Of a stretch of 18,668 nt of DNA, positions 1 to 6,511 are shown piece after piece; within the stretch, counting starts at the first letter, position 1; every line of letters starts with the position of its first letter. Origin of the DNA: an archaeon. Lineage in GTDB: Archaea; EX4484-52; B79-G9. The stretch is taken from the NCBI GenBank assembly GCA_043813875.1, contig JBDRKP010000050.1, positions 1 through 18,668 on the forward strand, written 5' to 3'. The translations under genes and the position numbers were made by a program. Below the pieces are notes generated by a model, which was given only the letters and a program-made list of their open reading frames with translations, was not told the origin of the DNA and did no database searches.

Positions 1-3
1 ATG

Positions 4-33
4 TGTCCTGGATGAAAAAAGAAATCCAAGACA
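4..33 (-). terminator. Hairpin with U-rich loop just downstream of dnaG; candidate terminator or 3' stability element
   Basis: The minus strand reads TGTCTTGGAT-TTCTTTTTTC-ATCCAGGACA, a 10-bp stem with one G-U pair (a mismatch on the + strand). It lies about 20 nt after the dnaG stop. Confidence 0.4.
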
Positions 34-55
34 TTTTCGTTAAATTGTGAAGAGT

Positions 56-1336
56 TTACAGGTCTTCGAGGGTGATTATCTTTACGTTCCTTGCGCGCGG
101 GTTTCCCTGGAGTTTCGAGCCAACAATCACTGAAACGTTTGCCGAGTCGCAAAGGCTTACAAGCTCCAGGTCTACTTCACCGTCCAGGATCACCAGTTTC
201 GGCTCTTCTACCTGCCTTATCGAATTCGATAGTTCCTTGACAGGCACACGACCCGCAAACTGGCGGTTTGAGTCGAATATCGCAGCAGCTCTTGTTCCTA
301 CAAGGTCGTTCAGCTGCTCTTTGAAAAATGCTTTGTCTTCATCGGATATCGCTGCTCTTCTTGGGGGTGCGATCGGCTTTTGTTCAAAACGGCCTACACG
401 GACATTGCGTGTGTCCCGTGATATTTTCTGAGGGCCGCGATCGCGATCAGTGGATGATTCTCTTCTCTCGAATGTTTTTGGTCTTTGAGAAGGTTCATTT
501 GCGGAAGGACCGAGAGGCTTCATATACTGCGCCTGTTCTACTGGCACTTTCTCGCGCAGAGCTTTGTATATCTCTTTTTTTGTCAACTCTTCCACTTCTT
601 TGCCCAACGGTGCCCTTGCGACAAAATCGACGTCTACAACCTGTCTTAGTTCTTTCAGGATCAGGTCGCCGCCCCTGTCACCGTCTGTGAAGACGGTCAC
701 TTCTTTCTCTTTTGCGATCTGGACTATCTCGGGAGCTACGGATGTGCCGCCTACTGCGACAGCGTTCTTGATGCCGTTTTTCAGGAGGGTTATCACATCG
801 GCACGACCCTCGCAGAGGATTATGCTGTCTGATGTCGGAACATCCACACCTGCAGAGAGACCCTTGTATTCGATTATTTCTGCGCTTCTTACGGATTGCA
901 TCAGCTCTTCTGCGACTACTGCTGTGTCCGGAACCTGGCTCAAGAGGCTAGAGAGAAGGCTTTTTGCACGCTCGATGATGTATTTTCTCTTGACTGTCCT
1001 TAAATCCTCAACTGCGTTCACTTTTATTTTCGCATTGCATGGCCCTACGCGATCAATGGTTTCAAGGGATGCTGCGATGAGGGCGGTTTCTGTCCCGTCA
1101 AGTGAAGAAGGAATTATGACTTCTCCGTTGGATTTGCCGCCTTTTGTGGTTACATTCACTTCTATGCGACCTATTCGTCCTGTCCGCTGGAGTTCTCTTA
1201 AATCAAGTTCAGGTCCGAGCAGTCCTTCGGTCTGACCGAAAAGAGCTCCGATGACGTCTGGTTTTTCGACGACTCCCTCGGCGTCGAAACTTCCCTTGAT
1301 TACGTATTTTACTGATGTCTGCGCTAATTTTGCCAT
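56..1336 (-). CDS. dnaG: Archaeal DnaG-type primase (TOPRIM; exosome-associated)
   Basis: N-terminal GVVEKPDVIGALFGQTEGLLG..LDLRELQRTGRIGRI signature and TOPRIM motifs CEGRADV and FTDGDRGG. Start placed at ATG 1336 (MAKLAQ), which has a GGTGAT ribosome-binding site at 1341-1346. Confidence 0.95.
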   Translation of the reverse strand: MAKLAQTSVKYVIKGSFDAEGVVEKPDVIGALFGQTEGLLGPELDLRELQRTGRIGRIEVNVTTKGGKSNGEVIIPSSLDGTETALIAASLETIDRVGPCNAKIKVNAVEDLRTVKRKYIIERAKSLLSSLLSQVPDTAVVAEELMQSVRSAEIIEYKGLSAGVDVPTSDSIILCEGRADVITLLKNGIKNAVAVGGTSVAPEIVQIAKEKEVTVFTDGDRGGDLILKELRQVVDVDFVARAPLGKEVEELTKKEIYKALREKVPVEQAQYMKPLGPSANEPSQRPKTFERRESSTDRDRGPQKISRDTRNVRVGRFEQKPIAPPRRAAISDEDKAFFKEQLNDLVGTRAAAIFDSNRQFAGRVPVKELSNSIRQVEEPKLVILDGEVDLELVSLCDSANVSVIVGSKLQGNPRARNVKIITLEDL

Positions 1337-1498
1337 TAATATCACCTATTTTTGTTTTACTTGTATTGTCTATGGACAAAAAAAGAGCGCCGTACCTAAT
1401 ACCTTTATAGAAATAAAGAATCTGCAGGATACAATTGAAAATATGATTTTCTTCTCATTTTAAGCATCCTTCTCTATCTGTTGTGAGTTGTGAATATG

Positions 1499-1765
1499 TC
1501 AATCCTTTAATTCCCGTAGGGTATCTAGTACTTCTTTTTTTGTCACTTTTTCTATTTTGAGTATCTTATTCTTTGATTTTTTGCCTGAAATCAAATAAAC
1601 AGGCTTTTTTAATATCTTTGTAAACATTTTTACTAATTCCAGGTTCGCGTGGTTCTTTTCTGGTTTGCTTTTTAGCTCAACGGTAATGGGGTCGCCGGTG
1701 GATGTTATCCTGAATCCTGGTTGGTTGGTTTTTACTTTTACGCTGATACAGACATTGTTGTCCAC
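1499..1765 (-). CDS. DUF167 / UPF0235 (YggU-like) small protein
   Basis: The 88-aa ORF has ISVKVK, PEKNHANLELVKMFTK and LISGKKSKNK, which match the family pattern P..GKAN.EL...L..G..SR.K. The GTG start is uncertain. Confidence 0.8.
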   Translation of the reverse strand: MDNNVCISVKVKTNQPGFRITSTGDPITVELKSKPEKNHANLELVKMFTKILKKPVYLISGKKSKNKILKIEKVTKKEVLDTLRELKD

Positions 1766-1774
1766 AGTCTAACC

Positions 1775-1933
1775 TTATTGTGGTGTTAAGCATGTTGCCC
1801 ACACGTAACATATCGCTTCATCAAATTAATCCCTTTATTTTCAGGATACTGACGCATGCGGGCTGTTCAGCATTGTGGTGTCCTCATTTCATCGTGTGGT
1901 TCAGACACTTGGGAGGGACCCATCAATACCTGA
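1775..1933 (-). ncRNA. Candidate structured small RNA with box C/D-like motifs (possibly two tandem units)
   Basis: No long ORF, and a TATA element about 20-25 nt upstream. A 13-bp closing stem (TCAGG-TATTGATG with CGTCAGTA-T-CCTGA) uses G-U pairs that work only on the minus strand. Motifs occur in C/D'/C'/D order: TTGATGG, CTGA, CGATGA, CTGA. Confidence 0.5.
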
Positions 1934-1952
1934 GTTGAAATTAATACTAAGG

Positions 1953-1962
1953 TTTTATATAT
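1953..1962 (-). promoter_or_regulatory. TATA box upstream of the candidate ncRNA / DUF167 transcript
   Basis: The minus strand reads ATATATAAAA. A start about 25 nt downstream would fall near 1930, at the 5' end of the predicted stem. Confidence 0.55.
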
Positions 1963-2013
1963 CTATCGGGCAGGTTTAGGGCGATTTTATGCAAGAACAG
2001 TGTTTCTTGATGC

Positions 2014-2565
2014 TTATCCTGTATAATCTTCGGAGCAGTCGTTGCACAGCCAGCGGCCATCTATCTCTACAAGGTCTTCTGCTATGTTGTCGCATTCTTC
2101 GCAGCGGCCTTCTATTCTCGTCCTTTCGGGGACTGATGCAGGCTCTGCAATTTCGAGTTCCTCGGTCAGAATCTCGTTGACGCCAGGATAAACTCTTAGC
2201 ATGTCCCTTACGGTAATTATGCCTACCAGATTGTTTTTGTCATCGACCACCGGCAGGCGGGCTACGTTGTTGGCAAACATGACTCTTGTGGCCTCGTCAA
2301 TGCTGTCGGTCGGCTTCGCGACAATTATTTTCGGTGACATGACCTCTTTTACTTTGACTTTCAGGGGAGATTTGTTTTCTGCAACAACTTTCGATATGAT
2401 GTCTTTGTCTGTGAGCATGCCGATGACCTCTTTGCCTTTGACTACGACAAGCCCATGTATGTTTCTTTTTCTTAAGAGCATGGAGGCTTTCTGTATCGTC
2501 GCTTCAGCATCGATTACTGCAACGTTTTTTGTCATTATCTCGCTTACCAATATATCTTCCGGCAT
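2014..2565 (-). CDS. CBS-domain pair protein with C-terminal Zn-ribbon (CxxC...CxxC)
   Basis: Two CBS repeats (VSEIMTKNV...GMLTDKDI; VKEVMSPKI...RLPVVD..LVGIITVRDML) followed by GRCEECD...WLCNDC. The real start is ATG 2565 (MPEDILV), with GGTGAT at 2570-2575. The longer ORF-track version overlaps hjc. Confidence 0.9.
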   Translation of the reverse strand: MPEDILVSEIMTKNVAVIDAEATIQKASMLLRKRNIHGLVVVKGKEVIGMLTDKDIISKVVAENKSPLKVKVKEVMSPKIIVAKPTDSIDEATRVMFANNVARLPVVDDKNNLVGIITVRDMLRVYPGVNEILTEELEIAEPASVPERTRIEGRCEECDNIAEDLVEIDGRWLCNDCSEDYTG

Positions 2566-2620
2566 AGTTATCACCTTGTGTTTTATTAATATCTTCATTC
2601 TTAAATTTGTATGGATAGCT

Positions 2621-2944
2621 ATGGCGTACAAAAAAGGATATGCTTTCGAGAGGGAGTTGAGGCTTAAGCTTGAGAAGGATGGATGGCATGTGATACGGTC
2701 GGGCGGGAGCAAGAAGCCGGACCTGGTTGCCGGGAAGGATAAGAAAGTGATCATCATCGAATGCAAAGTCACTAAGAGCGATAAGATCTATCTTGAAAAA
2801 GAGGAAGTGCTGTATCTTCAGGAGGTCGCTAAAGCTTTCGGGGCAGAGGCGATGTATGCTATCAAGAGGAAGAATAACGGGATGAGTCTTGTGACTCTTA
2901 GTACGCTTCGGGAGACGGAGAAGTTTTTCATGGTGGAGCTATGA
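2621..2944 (+). CDS. hjc: Archaeal Holliday junction resolvase (PD-(D/E)xK nuclease)
   Basis: MAYKKGYAFEREL...GWHVIRSGGSKKPDLVAG...IIECK matches the Hjc motifs G...ER, R..GS, PD and ExK. Start at ATG 2621, divergent from the CBS gene across a 55-bp spacer. Confidence 0.88.
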   Translation: MAYKKGYAFERELRLKLEKDGWHVIRSGGSKKPDLVAGKDKKVIIIECKVTKSDKIYLEKEEVLYLQEVAKAFGAEAMYAIKRKNNGMSLVTLSTLRETEKFFMVEL

Positions 2945-2983
2945 TTTATAAGTTTTCGGGGCAAAATTTCGTCTGGTGATTTT

Positions 2984-3559
2984 ATGACTAATTTGAGCAA
3001 GGATGTTTTACGCACGGAGATTATCAATGATAAGCTTGTTGTGGATTACGAGGATCTTGATGTGCAGCTTACGGCGAATGGTATTGATTTTAGGGTCGCT
3101 GCTATCATCGAGGTCAAGAAGGCAGGAGAGCTTAGGATCAACAAGAAGGATATGAAGATGCCTGTGCTTGGTGTGGCGCATGTGATGGAAGGGTTCGAGG
3201 ATGTCGTTTCAGGCCTTGAGCTTGAGGATACTGTTGTCCTGCCAAAGGGATCGCAGGTGAGTATCGACAAGCTTGTGCCTTATCTTGTGGTGAGCTGCGA
3301 GAAGGTGAATACGAAGGAGAATCTTAATTTCAAGATCGAATGCCGCAGTTCGCTTTTCCGTATAACGCAGTCTGTCCTTGAGACTGCATTCGGCGAGGCG
3401 GGCTATCGCGGCGGGCTTACGTTCCTTATGTTCTCGCTGCTTGATACGAAGATCGATCTTGGTGTCAGGTTTGCGCAAATCGTCTTTTCGACGCTTTCGG
3501 GGAATGCGCATTATGAGGAGCAGAAGGAGTCGAGCTACCAGGGCGGGAAAGTGCTTTGA
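2984..3559 (+). CDS. Trimeric dUTPase / dCTP deaminase family protein, most likely an archaeal dUTPase
   Basis: Motifs GIDFRV, RSSLFR, GEAGYRGGLTF, RFAQIVF and C-terminal YQGG. The deaminase catalytic Glu (TLE) is absent. GGTGAT ribosome-binding site upstream. Confidence 0.82.
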   Translation: MTNLSKDVLRTEIINDKLVVDYEDLDVQLTANGIDFRVAAIIEVKKAGELRINKKDMKMPVLGVAHVMEGFEDVVSGLELEDTVVLPKGSQVSIDKLVPYLVVSCEKVNTKENLNFKIECRSSLFRITQSVLETAFGEAGYRGGLTFLMFSLLDTKIDLGVRFAQIVFSTLSGNAHYEEQKESSYQGGKVL

Positions 3560-3646
3560 GGTTTTTGGTTTAAGAAAACGCCTGAAATCCGATAGCTTAA
3601 AAAGGGCAAGCTGACGGGCATCAGACACAACAGGGCATGATGGAGT

Positions 3647-6106
3647 TTATCCAACATAGCTGAACTGGTCTGCTTCTGGGTTGAGCTTCTTTGTCTTTTC
3701 GGCGTTCTTCTTGAAGTTGTCAATGTCAGCTTTTGTTACGCTTGGTTTGACTATCTTTAATGCTTCTTCGAAGTGTGCCATTGTGACTTCTTTTGAATTG
3801 ATGTCTTTCCTGAGCGCCAAGATCGCTGCTTCTTTGCAGAGGGCTTCGATGTCTGAGCCTACGTAATTTTCTGTCTCGTTTGTAAGGAAATATAAGAGTT
3901 TTCCTTTCGAGGACAAATCTTCAAATCTTAGCTCTTTCTTGTTTTTGCGCTCTTTTTCTTTTTTAAATAGTTTGTCTGAGTCCTCTGAACTTACGACCTC
4001 ACCGGAAACCATTTTAGACAAAATTATGGATTTATCTCTATCATTTGATTTATCTTTATCAATAGATTTACCTTTAAATCTGCTGTCAAGTTCTTCTTCT
4101 TCTTTTTTGGTCAGTGTAAGAGGCATGCCTTTGGTATGGACCTTGAATATCTTTTCGCGGGATTTGGTGTCAGGAACAGGTATGTATATGTGGCGATCGA
4201 AACGGCCGTGGCGCAGGAGCGCCGGATCGAGAGCATCCGGCCTGTTTGTGGCGGCGATTATGACGACGCCTTCGACACCTTCAAGACCGTCCATCTCGGA
4301 CAATAACTGTGTGACTACACGATCGGTCGTTTCTGAGTCCATATGACCGCGCTTTGAGGCGATGGCATCTATTTCGTCGAAGAATATTATTGTCGGGGCA
4401 ACCTGTCTTGCACGCTTGAACATTTCGCGTAGGTGCTTTTCGCTTTCACCTACCCATTTGCTGAACAGTTCGGGGCCTTTTATCGCGATGAAATTGGCTT
4501 CGGATTCGTTTGCGACCGCTTTTGCAAGAAGGGTCTTGCCGTTGCCGGGGACGCCGTATAACAGGATGCCTCGAGGGGGTTTGATGCCCATCCTCTTGAA
4601 TGCCCCGGGATGTTTCAGGGGCCATTCCACCATCTCCCGCACGTTCTGCTTTACCTCTTCAAGGCCGCCGACATCGTCCCAGGTGACTTTCGGTATCTCT
4701 ATCATGACTTCTCTCATCGCCGAGGGCTCAACGAATCTCAAGGCGTTCCTGAAATCGTCCATGTTCACGACCAGCTTTTCTATTACCTTTGAGTCTATTG
4801 TCTTCTCTTTTAAGTTGATGTTCGGGAGTATCCTTCTCAACGCGGACATCGCAGCTTCCTTGCATAATGCGGAGAGGTCTGCTCCGACAAAACCGTGCGT
4901 GATGTCTGCAATCTTACTTATGGCAACGTCCTTGTCAAGGGGCATGTTTCTTGTGTGTATCTGGAGTATCTCTTTTCGGCCCTGCCTGTCGGGGACGCCG
5001 ATCTCGATCTCACGGTCGAACCTGCCGGGCCTTCTTAGTGCGGGGTCTAGCGCGTTTTCACGGTTGGTCGCGGCTATCACGATTACCTGGCCACGGCTCT
5101 GGAGACCGTCGAGGGATGCGAGAAGCTGCGCGACCATCCTGCGCTCGACTTCGCCTGTGACTTCTTCTCTTTTGGGTGCGATGGCGTCTATCTCGTCTAT
5201 GAATATTATCGTCGGTGCGTTCTCCTGCGCGTTCTGGAACAGTTCCCGGATCTTTTTTTCGGATTCGCCGTACCATTTTGATGTTATCTCCGGGCCGTTC
5301 AAGGCTACGAAATTCACGCCAGCCTCGTTTGCGACGACTCTTGCAAGGAGGGTTTTTCCTGTGCCGGGAGGGCCGAAGAGCAGTATCCCTTTCGGGGGTT
5401 CGACACCGAGGCGCTCGAATAGTTCGGGATGCCTTAATGGGAGTTCTATCATCTCTCTTACTTTCTTCACTTCTTCCCTCAAGCCGCCGATGTCTTCATA
5501 AGTTATCACAGGCAGTTTTGCTTCCTCTTTGACCTCGACTGCCTGGGGCAGCACTTCGACCTGTGTTATGTCGGTTATCTTTACTATGTCTTTGGGGTTT
5601 GTGTTGACTACAAGGAATTTCGTCTCGCTGAAGCCTAATGAAAACATCTCGTCAAAATCAAAGAATTCGCCAAAGGACATCCTCTGCCTTCTTGTTATCG
5701 GGGCTATTATGTCGCCTTTTGTCGCTATCCTGCCGAGGAGAGCGCGCTTAACATGTTCGGGGGGTATCTGGAGGATGACTCCTTTTTCTGCAGGGGCGAG
5801 GGTAATTTTTTTTGCTTCGGAGATTTCTGCGGGCCTGATCATCACTTTTTCACCGATCGATGTGCCTGCGTTTCTTCTGAGATAGCCGTCCATGCGGACT
5901 ATGTTCAATGACATGTCTGCGGGATATGGCCTTAGAGCTATCGCTCCGGTCTTTCTTTTGCCTTCGATCTCTACAACGTCACCTTCATGGACGTCAAGCT
6001 CGTTCATGAGGCGCGTGTCGAAGCGCACTATACCGATACCGATATCGGACTGAGCATTGGATGGAATCTCTCCTACTTTTAGAGCTATCTCTTTTTTTGC
6101 CACCAT
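3647..6106 (-). CDS. cdc48: CDC48/VAT-family AAA+ ATPase (N-D1-D2)
   Basis: N-domain ([12 protein letters not shown]). D1 has [14 protein letters not shown] and [13 protein letters not shown]2 has [14 protein letters not shown] and LLRHGRFD, with [14 protein letters not shown] pore loops. Confidence 0.97.
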   Translation of the reverse strand: MVAKKEIALKVGEIPSNAQSDIGIGIVRFDTRLMNELDVHEGDVVEIEGKRKTGAIALRPYPADMSLNIVRMDGYLRRNAGTSIGEKVMIRPAEISEAKKITLAPAEKGVILQIPPEHVKRALLGRIATKGDIIAPITRRQRMSFGEFFDFDEMFSLGFSETKFLVVNTNPKDIVKITDITQVEVLPQAVEVKEEAKLPVITYEDIGGLREEVKKVREMIELPLRHPELFERLGVEPPKGILLFGPPGTGKTLLARVVANEAGVNFVALNGPEITSKWYGESEKKIRELFQNAQENAPTIIFIDEIDAIAPKREEVTGEVERRMVAQLLASLDGLQSRGQVIVIAATNRENALDPALRRPGRFDREIEIGVPDRQGRKEILQIHTRNMPLDKDVAISKIADITHGFVGADLSALCKEAAMSALRRILPNINLKEKTIDSKVIEKLVVNMDDFRNALRFVEPSAMREVMIEIPKVTWDDVGGLEEVKQNVREMVEWPLKHPGAFKRMGIKPPRGILLYGVPGNGKTLLAKAVANESEANFIAIKGPELFSKWVGESEKHLREMFKRARQVAPTIIFFDEIDAIASKRGHMDSETTDRVVTQLLSEMDGLEGVEGVVIIAATNRPDALDPALLRHGRFDRHIYIPVPDTKSREKIFKVHTKGMPLTLTKKEEEELDSRFKGKSIDKDKSNDRDKSIILSKMVSGEVVSSEDSDKLFKKEKERKNKKELRFEDLSSKGKLLYFLTNETENYVGSDIEALCKEAAILALRKDINSKEVTMAHFEEALKIVKPSVTKADIDNFKKNAEKTKKLNPEADQFSYVG

Positions 6107-6309
6107 ATCAACCCCGCAAATTAATATTGTTTTTCTTTCTGTGTTATTTATTGATTGTCTTTAATTCTTTATATTATTAAAATCGGCGCTAATATTAAAA
6201 TGTTTTTATTGTGCCAGCAAATCATAATTTTGATTTTTGATGGAGTTCAATAGAGGAATATTCAAACTTATAGTAAATGCCATAACTTTTTAGACTAATG
6301 GCGTTTCCA

Positions 6310-6427
6310 TATCCTTAAAAATCTATGATTTTTAGGATTTCGAAAATTTGTTCCAAATTTTCAATTTTCGAAATTCGAAATGGGTAAACATTTCGAAAAT
6401 CCTATGAATCGAAGATTCATAAGGATA
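6310..6427. repeat. Nested inverted-repeat element: two ~38-bp arms in inverted orientation, each itself a bulged hairpin, flanking two further 9-bp hairpins
   Basis: Left arm TATCCTTAAAAATCTATGATTTTTAGGATTTCGAAAAT (6310-6347). Reverse complement of the right arm (6390-6427) is TATCCTTATGAATCTTCGATTCATAGGATTTTCGAAAT. TTCGAA occurs four times. Confidence 0.8.
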
Positions 6428-6481
6428 GATTGACATCTATTGGTTTTTGGCATCGTGTGTCCATTTATTAGCGATGTCAAC

Positions 6482-6489
6482 TATAAATA
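6482..6489 (+). promoter_or_regulatory. TATA box (probably leaderless transcript) for the 6512 gene
   Basis: TATAAATA lies 22 nt before ATG 6512. The same 8-mer occurs about 25 nt upstream of the 9335 and 11450 genes. Confidence 0.55.
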
Positions 6490-6511
6490 GATTATTTGCC
6501 TAGTATTGTTT

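Noticed and set aside
1867..1923. 18-aa minus-strand ORF MGPSQVSEPHDEMRTPQC
   Set aside because: Too short, with no recognisable motif. The RNA structure explains the region better, though a leaderless peptide cannot be fully excluded.
1880..1930. Resemblance to 5S rRNA (GGTCCC...CTGAAC-6 nt-ATGAAA, like CCGAAC-6 nt-GTGAAA) or to a fluoride riboswitch (GATGG..GT.C.CC)
   Set aside because: The 5S helix III partners do not pair, and the riboswitch P1 5' strand and 3' motif are missing. No RNase P or SRP core motifs were found either.
2201..2772. Long overlapping N-terminal extensions of the hjc and CBS ORFs
   Set aside because: They are antisense read-through of each other's genes. The family-consistent starts are 2621 and 2565.
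3900..4117. Intein or intron in cdc48
   Set aside because: No Cys/Ser start with His-Asn end, no homing-endonuclease motif and no evident bulge-helix-bulge. The reading frame is simply continuous.
4362..5501. 379-aa + strand ORF and similar antisense ORFs (564-1235, 11981-12736, 17534-17857)
   Set aside because: These are shadow ORFs opposite well-supported genes, with atypical composition and no motifs.
6310..6427. CRISPR array or ORB-containing origin
   Set aside because: The repeats are inverted and nested rather than direct with unique spacers. There are no cas genes and no ORB consensus with a G-string.
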